DNA of 32,000 nucleotides. It comes from Candidatus Methylomirabilis limnetica. Lineage in GTDB: Bacteria; Methylomirabilota; Methylomirabilia; Methylomirabilales; Methylomirabilaceae. The notes under the pieces were generated by a model, which was given only the letters and a program-made list of their open reading frames with translations, made no database searches and was not told the origin of the DNA. Location: NCBI RefSeq assembly GCF_003044035.1, contig NZ_NVQC01000022.1:300001-332000 (forward strand). The letters run 5' to 3'. The position numbers and the translations under genes were made by a program. Of the stretch, positions 10,135 through 18,374 are shown one piece after another. Numbering within the stretch: position 1 is the stretch's first letter; the number at the start of each line of letters is the position of its first letter.

Positions 10135-12234
10135 TCACACGAATCGTGCTCGCAAGAAGTTGCATGCAAACCGTTTGATTCTGCGTGCCTGAAGGAATGT
10201 GCGTAGAAACCATTTAAAAATGGGAGCGGTCTCCGGGTGAACCATAAGCCCTGGAACCCACCCAACTTCCGTCAGGAAGCTATCCAATTGCTGCCGATGG
10301 CGTTTTGACAAGAAGGCGAACAGGAGACCTTGCGTGCGCGGCGACCGGCGTTTATCGGAAAAACGCCCTACGCCGAATGTCTCATTATGGTTCAGCTCAA
10401 AGTAGGCCTTAGATAGGAATGATGGAGGTTTTTGAATGAGTGTTCCCCATATTTCCATGGCGAGCGGTCGGATCTCGGCGGACGTATAGGCATGCGTCCG
10501 AACAAAGTCTGACCAGTACGCGATAGAATCAATGACGCCGGCCTGAAAATGCCGAATATACGAATCATACACCTGATTCTCCGCAGGGTCAGTGAGACGC
10601 GCAACCCTCACTCCGTTCCCGGAGACCTCATAGCGCTCTACGCCCCCGTGAGGGGAATTACACAGCATCTCGACAGGAGCAACAAAATCCAACAAATCGG
10701 CATAATCCGATTGCGCTTCGTTCAAATTCGGCCCAAAAGCGCTCTTCACGGCGTTGGATGGTTGGTCATTCAAATATCGAATCAATCCAAGATAATACCC
10801 GTGCAGTTGAACCGTCGGCATTGCATAGGCCAGGTTATCCTGGATGGTCCCGCGCCACCCTATATCAACAATACCGACTTTGGTACTCTGTCCAGGAAGT
10901 CCAACTGAAGCGAGATATGACGATAGGTCAGATTGCTTTCTGGAAAGCTCGCGCTCAATTTCCTGTCGCACCCAATCGTCGTTGAACCATGCTTGAACTC
11001 GCGAATCTTGCCAAGGATAGGTGATATCCTGATCAATATCTATGCCGTACGATGCAGCCTTATCTACAAACCGCGAAGGATCGATGCCCAGGGATGTCAG
11101 GAGGGCATTCATCGATTGTACGCTGTACTGATTCCAGATTCGCATCAGCTCAGTTGAGGTAAACGAACGAAGCGATCCTGCAAATGTTGAGATCCTGCTG
11201 ACCTCAAGTAGCGTGCCTTCGGGCACAGAACATCCAAGGATACGACACTCAGCCGCACGCCTATAGAGTTCGAGGAAGAATTCCCCTTCACGAGTCAGAA
11301 AGAAGAGCCTGTCCACTTTCTCGGCAACCGCACATTCCATCAGATACAGGACAAAGCCAAAAAACCACAGGGAGGATTCGCGACCAAGCTCGTAGAATCG
11401 GGCCGACAGAGAACCGTCCTGGTCGTATCGAGAATCGCGAGAATCGCACAACAAATGAACGGCTCGTTGCAGAAAGTCGCCTCTGGCACGGAAACTGTCC
11501 TCGCGCATCCGGCGCTGTCGATGCTCGTTCTCCGGCATGTAGTGCGCAACAGCAATACCGATTTGTTTCGGCGATTCGACATCCGCCCAGAGATGATCCC
11601 CCACGTGGATGTGTCTGTCCGGGGTAATCCCGAGGCTCTCATGGAGGTAACGAAACAGCCTGCCGGATTTCTTGTTGAGTTTGACATCACATGAGACAAC
11701 GCCATCCGGAGCTATTCCATCCATGTGATGGAATGAGAGAAGCTCCCTTACCATCTCGACCGGCAGGTAGAAATCGCTGAGAAAAAGGGTCTTGCGGGCG
11801 CGAATATCGGCAAGCACATCGGCAATCGATGGGTCGGCATATGAAATATATCGCTCCTGCTCCAACTCGACTTGCCCCAGCGCGATGCAAAGGCGTGAGA
11901 TCTCTTCAGGGCTGAAAGTCGTCTTGATGCCGGCCAGATAGAGCCATCGCTCATACACCTCAAGATGACGATACTCGTCATCGCCTCCTTCTCGCCGGCT
12001 CTCCTCTCCAAGCTCTCTCTCTGCCTGCTGACGCAACCGGAGCAATACCCAGTGATCTCTGTGCTCTGGGGGGAGACGTCGACCGTGACAGTGCAACAGC
12101 CAGCGGCACACGTGCAACTTCACCGCATCCGGATGGCAACGCCGACGAAGAAGCGTGTCCCACACATCCACGGTCATCAAATGGTACTCAGAGGTCCCAC
12201 CCGCCTCTGCCGCATTGTGTATTTCAAGAGGCAT
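10135..12234 (-). CDS. HAD-superfamily-like N-terminal domain fused to a large domain of unknown function (COG5610-like)
   Basis: HAD motif I variant MTVDVWDTLLRR and motif IV-like HVGDHLWADVESPKQIGI. The C-terminal part of about 450 aa carries LFFLTREGEFF and VDIGWRGTIQDNL blocks. The family assignment is from memory of COG5610-type proteins in polysaccharide loci. Confidence 0.75.
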   Translation of the reverse strand: MPLEIHNAAEAGGTSEYHLMTVDVWDTLLRRRCHPDAVKLHVCRWLLHCHGRRLPPEHRDHWVLLRLRQQAERELGEESRREGGDDEYRHLEVYERWLYLAGIKTTFSPEEISRLCIALGQVELEQERYISYADPSIADVLADIRARKTLFLSDFYLPVEMVRELLSFHHMDGIAPDGVVSCDVKLNKKSGRLFRYLHESLGITPDRHIHVGDHLWADVESPKQIGIAVAHYMPENEHRQRRMREDSFRARGDFLQRAVHLLCDSRDSRYDQDGSLSARFYELGRESSLWFFGFVLYLMECAVAEKVDRLFFLTREGEFFLELYRRAAECRILGCSVPEGTLLEVSRISTFAGSLRSFTSTELMRIWNQYSVQSMNALLTSLGIDPSRFVDKAASYGIDIDQDITYPWQDSRVQAWFNDDWVRQEIERELSRKQSDLSSYLASVGLPGQSTKVGIVDIGWRGTIQDNLAYAMPTVQLHGYYLGLIRYLNDQPSNAVKSAFGPNLNEAQSDYADLLDFVAPVEMLCNSPHGGVERYEVSGNGVRVARLTDPAENQVYDSYIRHFQAGVIDSIAYWSDFVRTHAYTSAEIRPLAMEIWGTLIQKPPSFLSKAYFELNHNETFGVGRFSDKRRSPRTQGLLFAFLSKRHRQQLDSFLTEVGWVPGLMVHPETAPIFKWFLRTFLQARRIKRFACNFLRARFV

Positions 12235-13444
12235 GGGACTGACTCATCAGCCGGCGAAGGGTCCGATAGCAGCTCCGCACAACCACTCGAACGCCAGGCG
12301 GCAGAAAGGCCAACCGACCTCTATCCGGAATAGAGGAAGAGAACCCTCCGTAATTCCCATTGTGATTCCTATATGAGTGAGAGACAACAGGAGGGATTTC
12401 GTACATCGGCTCCAGCTTCACCTCTGGAAGATCTTTTCCCTGCAGCAAACGTTCAACAAGCTCCAGGAACTGGCCCAATCCTTTCTCCAGCGGACGCTCT
12501 GCCATGTATTCCAGACCCGCCCGACTCATTCTTGCAGCCAATGAGGGTTCTCCGAGGATCCTCAAAAGCCCCTCAGCTAATGACTCCGGTGTCGGATCGC
12601 AAAGCAACACCGCGTCTTGTGGGAAATCATACAGGGTACTTTCCCGGAACATTTCCACGACAGGAAGACCTGACGCCATCATCTCAAAGGGAATTCGAGA
12701 AGGATTGGAGGAGCTGAGGCATAACCCCACAGTACACTTGTTATACAAACGATTGCATTCTTCCAGTCCTAGTAGGCCAAGGTGCTTATGCTCGAACCAC
12801 GGCCCACCGGGATCTTTTGAGCCGTAAAGATATATCGTCACATCAGGCATCAACTGTTTAACGATGCCCAGGGCTTCCAGGCCAATCTGGGTACAACGCC
12901 TGGTTTTTTCCGGCTGAAACACGAAGCATATCGCCCGTTCTCGCCGGATGTTCGGCAACTGTCGATAGATGCCGAGATCGGCACAGAAATCAAAGAAGGC
13001 CGCCTGTATATCGAAGCGCCTTTTCAGCCTCGCAGGAAGCCATCGTCCGATAGTAATCGGATACAACCCGTATCGAAATGAGTTTTCCGCCATCAGAAAT
13101 CCATCGCCCATGGGATTAAACCAGGCCTCGTAATCCTGAACGAAATACGCCTTAATGCATGGGAATGGCAGATCTCTCACGATCTTCGCGGAGTACCAGA
13201 TTGTTGCGAAAACGAGGTCAGCCGGATGCACGTTTGACCAACCGAGTCGCACATCGTCAAACTCAAGACCGAACATTCTTGCAATATCTTTTTTTAATGA
13301 TCTTTCGAATAAATATTGATGGTCCTCAAGATACAGCACACAACGGTGCCCCTGTTGTTGCAAGAAGGCCGCATGCTGGAGAATGGTGCGGTGCCCCCCA
13401 GATCCCTCAAGGAGGTTCGGAACGAGCCATGCGATAGTGGCCAT
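12224..13444 (-). CDS. Glycosyltransferase (GT4-fold, WsaF-like)
   Basis: N-terminus IAWLVPNLLEGSGGHRTILQHAAFL and a C-terminal sugar-donor region SNPSRIPFEMMASGLPVVE. Overlaps the downstream gene by 11 nt. Confidence 0.75.
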   Translation of the reverse strand: MATIAWLVPNLLEGSGGHRTILQHAAFLQQQGHRCVLYLEDHQYLFERSLKKDIARMFGLEFDDVRLGWSNVHPADLVFATIWYSAKIVRDLPFPCIKAYFVQDYEAWFNPMGDGFLMAENSFRYGLYPITIGRWLPARLKRRFDIQAAFFDFCADLGIYRQLPNIRRERAICFVFQPEKTRRCTQIGLEALGIVKQLMPDVTIYLYGSKDPGGPWFEHKHLGLLGLEECNRLYNKCTVGLCLSSSNPSRIPFEMMASGLPVVEMFRESTLYDFPQDAVLLCDPTPESLAEGLLRILGEPSLAARMSRAGLEYMAERPLEKGLGQFLELVERLLQGKDLPEVKLEPMYEIPPVVSHSYRNHNGNYGGFSSSIPDRGRLAFLPPGVRVVVRSCYRTLRRLMSQSHAS

Positions 13445-13586
13445 TTTCTACTTACCCATCGTTGTGTTGAGGATCTTCTGAATTACACCCCGTCGAGTAG
13501 CGTGGGGGAGTTGTACCCCAGCGCTCTCACGTATACAGGTCCGCCAAGGTAATCGAAGCATAGACTCGATTATTCCGCATACTTCC

Positions 13587-14918
13587 TTATGTGCCCGGTT
13601 GAGCAGACGGCCGGCATCGCCGCACTATAAGGTAGGTTACGAACAGTTGCACGGGAAGGAACAGGACCATAGCAATCCCAACTATGACTAATATCGCAAC
13701 TGGGTCGCGTATAAGGGCGCTCACCAATTGATGAGTATCCAAAGTTATCGAGCTCAGAATCACCTTATCGTCGGAGCTGATCCGGATTGCCTCGCTTCCA
13801 CTTGGACCCATCACGCGAAATCCTTGTGCGCCGCTCGACAACGTGAGCGTACCTGATTCATCAGCATAAATCTGCCCACCTTTGCCGCCATTAAAGACTA
13901 AGCCCTGCCCTTCTCGCTTCGTGTGGAGACGCATGGCACCGTGTTCGAATACCGGCTGGTCAAAGTCAATGCCGATCCCAGCCTCCTCGAACAAACCGTA
14001 AATAACCCGGCCGTCCTTAGCAAGGCTGTTATACACCACCATGGCAGCCTTCCACTGGCCCTTGCGGTTGGCGGAATCAGGCGAATCGGAATCCTCACTA
14101 CGAATCTCGATCGCCTGAGTATTCTGCTTTCCGAAACCAACCACCTGAACACCCGTCTTGGCCAATACGCCGGCATTCTCGCGCCCCCAGCCTTTCCAAT
14201 CCTTGCCGGCGTTTAGAACGTCTATCTCGAGACCGACAAGTTGGGCATCAAAATCGTTGGCATTGAAATGTGGCCGGTCCTTCGGCACGTACTCCTGCCA
14301 GTATAGGGGCCAAGACCGCGCCGAAAGGAACCCGCCCCACACTTTGCTGCCAGGCACAAAAGCGCCCGAGTCTCCCCAGATCGCCACGCCGTTAACATTG
14401 GGATTAAAGTTCCACACCTCACTCATGAGGTTCTGGTAGTGATTGTGCCTGCTATGATATTCGGTGGGCGAGCTAAACTTCGTTGAGCTATATTCCTTCG
14501 GGTTAGACTTCCAATCGGTAACCCTGGCGTCAGGAGTGATGACGTCAGAAATTGTGATATTCTGCCGCAGGCCCGTGCCAAGATGAGCGTACTGGCCCCA
14601 GATGCCTTCCAGCCGTGGATGGTGACCACGCACCAGGTTAATACCACCTCCATACCTGAAATCGAGAGTCCGGACATGCTGAGGAATTCTGACAGGAAAA
14701 GGGCCACGCGGAGCATCCTGCCCGATGACGATCAGCGGATTATTGCTCAGTTCGGCCTTGGAAATAATCGAGGCTGCCTTATCCCAGTTCTCTTTAGTTA
14801 GCTGAAAAGTTGTAAACCCGGGGAGCCCTGACCGTTGTAGTGCTTCTTGGGCCCAAGCAACCTTGGAAAAGATCGCGCATTGTGCCAACAAAAGGCCGAG
14901 ATAGAGCAATGTCTTCAT
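13587..14918 (-). CDS. Exported protein of unknown function with a C-terminal membrane anchor
   Basis: The ATG at 14918 gives the Sec signal MKTLLYLGLLLAQCAIFSKVAWA|QEA. The C-terminus is hydrophobic and followed by a basic patch (VAILVIVGIAMVLFLPVQLFVTYLIVRRCR). No domain recognised by eye. The ORF-track 5' extension reads through an IS remnant. Confidence 0.7.
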   Translation of the reverse strand: MKTLLYLGLLLAQCAIFSKVAWAQEALQRSGLPGFTTFQLTKENWDKAASIISKAELSNNPLIVIGQDAPRGPFPVRIPQHVRTLDFRYGGGINLVRGHHPRLEGIWGQYAHLGTGLRQNITISDVITPDARVTDWKSNPKEYSSTKFSSPTEYHSRHNHYQNLMSEVWNFNPNVNGVAIWGDSGAFVPGSKVWGGFLSARSWPLYWQEYVPKDRPHFNANDFDAQLVGLEIDVLNAGKDWKGWGRENAGVLAKTGVQVVGFGKQNTQAIEIRSEDSDSPDSANRKGQWKAAMVVYNSLAKDGRVIYGLFEEAGIGIDFDQPVFEHGAMRLHTKREGQGLVFNGGKGGQIYADESGTLTLSSGAQGFRVMGPSGSEAIRISSDDKVILSSITLDTHQLVSALIRDPVAILVIVGIAMVLFLPVQLFVTYLIVRRCRPSAQPGT

Positions 14919-14964
14919 GTGTGCCCTCACGCCACACCTCCGAATGCTTGTCTTACCCTTCATA

Positions 14965-15382
14965 GGGCAAGTGCAAGGACCTCCGTTACAGAGAAATCCT
15001 GAATCGATGGCAAGTGCAAGGACCTCCGTTACAGCATTTCCAATCTGCCACATAACGAGGCGGCAGAGAATAAACCACCTCTTGAAGTAAAGGTTGTTGC
15101 TGTGGCTCTCTACGGCGCAGTAAGTAAAATCAGCACGATCCAAGCGCTTGCCTTTGGCGCGCTCCGCCCATCGCTGCACGGTCGGCGCAGACACTCCGTA
15201 TTGGGTGGGCTGCGACCTCACGCAGCGATTGTCCAGCACGTACCCCTATGACCATTTCGCGCCGCTCTTGCTCAATCTTGTTTTTTTACTCATGTTGATC
15301 ACCTCCATGAAGTGTTTTCTACCATCTTACTGTAATGGAGGTGCTTGCACTTAGCTGTAACGGAGGTCCTTGCGCTTGCCCC
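14965..15382. mobile_element. Decayed mini-IS / MITE-like element with doubled inverted ends
   Basis: GGCAAGTGCAAGGACCTCCGTTACAG occurs at 14965-14991 and 15009-15034. Its reverse complement occurs at 15330-15352 (2 mismatches) and 15355-15382 (1 mismatch). The interior carries a frameshifted HTH gene. Confidence 0.7.
15100..15293 (-). pseudogene. Frameshifted N-terminal HTH domain of a transposase-like protein
   Basis: GGAGGT plus 7 nt precedes the ATG at 15293, giving MSKKTRLSKSGAKWS*. Shifting frame gives EQERREMVIGVRAGQSLREVAAH, and shifting back gives QYGVSAPTVQRWAERAKGKRLDRADF. Together these read as a typical LS.EQR..IV....G.S.REVA..GVS..TV.RW transposase HTH broken by two frameshifts. 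Confidence 0.6.
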
Positions 15383-15514
15383 TTCATACGATGCCACCAA
15401 TAGCGGCCCCTCGAACGATCACAGCAGAAGCAGAGCGATCTATCAGTCAGTTGCCTTTTGCCCCACTCAACACGCCAGATGGCAGTTTGCGTTTGAGAAG
15501 TAACCACAGGCGAA

Positions 15515-16741
15515 TCAGGGGATCTCCTTTAGCCCCGAGAGTTCTCGCCTAGTCTCGTCAAGGCGTTCTTGAAGCTCCGCGATCCGCTGATCGCGGTTCT
15601 CGATTGCCTTCTCCATCTGCTGCATGGCCGTCCAGCGTTCCTCCACCATCTGCGCTTGCGCCGCAATGGTCTCGTCCCGCTCGCGGATCATAGCCTCCAT
15701 GCGCTGCATGGCCGTCCAGCGTTCTTCGATCAGGACCGTTTGAGCAGTGATAGTGTGCTCTCTGCCCAGGATGTGTTGCAAAGATAAAAACAGACCTGTG
15801 GGCAAACCCAGTTCGCCGGCCAAGCGCTGCAGATCCCACTCTGTATCGCTGGTGGTCGCCAAGTCCAGAAGTTGCGCCCCAGATACACCCGCCATCCGTT
15901 GCACCAGACAATACAGCGTCGGAAGCGGCAGAAAACTCTTATTGTGAAGCAGCGCGGCATACGCATTGCGTCCAGCTCTACTCGGATTGTCTGTTGGAGT
16001 AAGTCGCTGTGTAAGCGTCCAGATCGCCTTGGCATGCACAAAGGCATTCTCGCGGATGTGACACCAGATGTCGCTTTCCGAGATGGTATTCGAGCCGTGA
16101 ACCCTATAACTGAGCAGGTTTTCACGTACCCAGATTGGCGGACAATGCACCGTTGCCCTGAGAACCCAGTCCCAGTCGTGGGTGTATCTCAGCGCGGCGA
16201 ACTCACCCACGGAATCGTATAACGCTTTTGAAAAAAAGAGGTTGGAGCTGGTCATCGCCACGTTGCCCGCGAAAAACAGGCTCTCTAATGGTGTCTTTTG
16301 GCAACGTTGCTGAAGTATCCTATATTCATCGGCCCTCTCGTGTTCCGGCGCCGGGTGTCCTTCATCATTGATGAATTCCAGATCCGAAAATACCAATGCG
16401 CCGATTCCATGAACCTGTTGCGCTTCTTGAATCAGCACCTCAATCCGTCGACCGTGGAACAGATCATCGGAATTGAGGATGGCGATGTATTCGCCGGATG
16501 CCTGATGGATACCCACATTGATTGCCGCATGAGCACCGTTATTTTGTTGGGTCACAATCTTGACGCGCGGATCTCCCGCGTAGCGTGTCTGCAGCAGATC
16601 TACACTATTGTCCTGGCTGCCGTCATCGACGACAATAACCTCCAGATCCCTGTACGTCTGGGACAGACAACTGTCAACCGCAGCCGCCACGTACTTCTCG
16701 TGGTTATACGACGGAATCACTACGGTAACTAATGTGTTCAT
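15515..16741 (-). CDS. Glycosyltransferase family 2 with a C-terminal coiled coil
   Basis: VTVVIPSYNHEKYVAAAVDSCLSQTYRDLEVIVVDDGSQDNS. The C-terminal tail of about 90 aa contains a duplicated 28-aa unit (EERWTAMQ.ME..I..RD..IA), encoded by an 84-nt repeat with cores at 15619-15640 and 15703-15724. Confidence 0.9.
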   Translation of the reverse strand: MNTLVTVVIPSYNHEKYVAAAVDSCLSQTYRDLEVIVVDDGSQDNSVDLLQTRYAGDPRVKIVTQQNNGAHAAINVGIHQASGEYIAILNSDDLFHGRRIEVLIQEAQQVHGIGALVFSDLEFINDEGHPAPEHERADEYRILQQRCQKTPLESLFFAGNVAMTSSNLFFSKALYDSVGEFAALRYTHDWDWVLRATVHCPPIWVRENLLSYRVHGSNTISESDIWCHIRENAFVHAKAIWTLTQRLTPTDNPSRAGRNAYAALLHNKSFLPLPTLYCLVQRMAGVSGAQLLDLATTSDTEWDLQRLAGELGLPTGLFLSLQHILGREHTITAQTVLIEERWTAMQRMEAMIRERDETIAAQAQMVEERWTAMQQMEKAIENRDQRIAELQERLDETRRELSGLKEIP

Positions 16742-16753
16742 ATTCCTTGTCAG

Positions 16754-17924
16754 CTAGTGTAGTGTTGCATAATTAGCTTGACTTATATCTCCGCATCGGT
16801 TAGGGTGGCTAAGGAGGTGAGACCGATGCGGACCGCGTGTGACATTGTACTGACGGACACGGAACGAAGCACGTTGCAACGCTGGTCGCGTGGTCGTAGT
16901 ACCCCGATCCGAGTGGTGCTCCGATCGCGCCTGGTGCTGTTGGCGGCACAGGGTCTGATGAACAAAGACATCGCCACCGCCGTGGGAACGTCGCGCCAGA
17001 GTGTCGGGCTGTGGCGGTCGCGATTTGCCGCGCAGCGACTGGCGGGCATCGAGCAGGATGCGCCTCGGGGAGGGCGCCGGCCGACCCGTCGGGATCAGGT
17101 GGCTCGGCTGATTCTGGAGCGGACCACCCAGACGGTGCCGTGCAACGCCACCCACTGGAGCGTACGCACCCTGGGGACGGCATTGGGAATCTCGCCCACG
17201 ATGGTACATCGTGTCTGGAAGGCCCACGGGCTCAAACCCCATCTGAGCCGGACGTTCAAGCTCAGCAATGATCCGAGCTTCGTGGAGAAACTTCTCGATA
17301 TCGTCGGGCTGTATCTGAATCCGCCAGAGCACGCCTTGGTGCTGTGTGCCGATGAGAAGAGTCAGATCCAAGCGCTCGATCGCACCCAGCCGGGTCTGCC
17401 GCTGAAGAAGGGGCGGTGCGGGACGTACACCCACGACTACAAGCGGAACGGGACAACCACCCTGTTCGCCGCCCTGGAACTGGCGGAGGGGCGACTGATC
17501 GGATCCTGCATGCCCCGGCATCGCCATCAGGAGTGGATCACCTTCCTCACACGCATCGATACGCAGACCCCGGCGGACCTCGATCTGCATCTGATCATTG
17601 ACAATTATGCGACCCACAAACACCCGGCTGTGCAGCGGTGGCTGCAACGACACCCGCGCTTCCATATGCATTTTACTCCGACGGCCAGTTCCTGGTTGAA
17701 TTTGATCGAGCGATGGTTTCGGGAGCTCACGGATAAGCGTATTCGCCGTGGCACCTTCCACAGCGAGCAGCACCTGATTCAAGCGATCATGGATTACATG
17801 ACCGAACATAATCAGCACCCCAAATCATTTGCCTGGACGGCCAAGGCCGAGACCATCCTCGCGAAAGTCGCCCGCGCCAGAGCTGTCTTGGATAAGTCAG
17901 CATCAGCGTGAAACACTACACTAG
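16754..17924 (+). mobile_element. IS630-family insertion sequence, apparently intact
   Basis: Terminal inverted repeats CTAGTGTAGTGTT (16754-16766) and AACACTACACTAG (17912-17924). TA dinucleotides sit at both junctions (16755-16756 and 17922-17923), consistent with IS630 TA target duplication. Single transposase ORF; length about 1.17 kb. Confidence 0.88.
16826..17911 (+). CDS. IS630-family DDE transposase
   Basis: AGGAGG at 16812-16817, then the ATG at 16826. An N-terminal HTH region is followed by a DDE_3-type core: CADEKSQIQALDR ... LIIDNYATHKH ... SWLNLIERWFRELT. Confidence 0.92.
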   Translation: MRTACDIVLTDTERSTLQRWSRGRSTPIRVVLRSRLVLLAAQGLMNKDIATAVGTSRQSVGLWRSRFAAQRLAGIEQDAPRGGRRPTRRDQVARLILERTTQTVPCNATHWSVRTLGTALGISPTMVHRVWKAHGLKPHLSRTFKLSNDPSFVEKLLDIVGLYLNPPEHALVLCADEKSQIQALDRTQPGLPLKKGRCGTYTHDYKRNGTTTLFAALELAEGRLIGSCMPRHRHQEWITFLTRIDTQTPADLDLHLIIDNYATHKHPAVQRWLQRHPRFHMHFTPTASSWLNLIERWFRELTDKRIRRGTFHSEQHLIQAIMDYMTEHNQHPKSFAWTAKAETILAKVARARAVLDKSASA

Positions 17925-18374
17925 ATCTGTGTTGTGAGCCTGCTCGTCATATCTTTGCGTGGGGGAGATATTCGTAAATATGATCGTCCGGAGAGATCTG
18001 TCAACGGGGGAGATTGCCCATCAGCAAATCCAGGATAATATCGTACTCCTTTTTAACCGTTATGAAAGCGCAACAATACTGCGCCCGCAATAATGATCAT
18101 CCAGTACAAGACCTGAGAGCATCCCCCGTTCCGAACTCGACATAGATTCCGCTATGAATTGCTCAACCCTCTTCATCTCCATTCCAACCCGTTTACTGCC
18201 ATTGACACACCAATGGGCCCGATCAGAAGCGTGGTCATGGGCAGCACGTCCCAGTGTCGTGAGTCACAAGGTTCGCTCGTTGGGAGCGATATACCATTTT
18301 ATGCACCGTCCACAAAAATTGCTGGCCCCATCGGCACTCGTATGTTTCACGTCTGCATTTGCAAGGCGCATATT

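Noticed and set aside
10028-10213. N-terminal extension of the rfbD ORF (start at 10213).
   Set aside because: It overlaps the upstream HAD-like gene. RfbD homologs begin with the M..L(I/V)(T/G)G..GQ(L/V)G Rossmann motif, which here starts at the ATG at 10027.
14965-15034. Direct repeats with spacers as possible CRISPR arrays. The same question applies to 29437-29531 and 20709-20858.
   Set aside because: Only two copies occur at 14965 and at 29437, with inverted partners nearby. The 42-bp units at 20709 are contiguous with no spacers and lie in a coding frame. No cas genes are present.
14919-15239. N-terminal 107 aa of the 550-aa ORF 13587..15239.
   Set aside because: This part reads through the doubled 26-bp repeats and the HTH pseudogene. 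A canonical signal peptide begins at the internal ATG at 14918.
16754-17818. 354-aa minus-strand ORF antisense to the IS630 transposase.
   Set aside because: It is fully contained in and antisense to a transposase gene with clear DDE motifs. Its translation is Arg/Pro/Gly-rich with no recognisable motif, which is a typical GC-rich shadow ORF. The same reasoning applies to most plus-strand ORFs overlapping the minus-strand genes (for example 1562..2203, 2534..3055, 3624..4289, 22395..22958, 25413..25862, 26151..26774).
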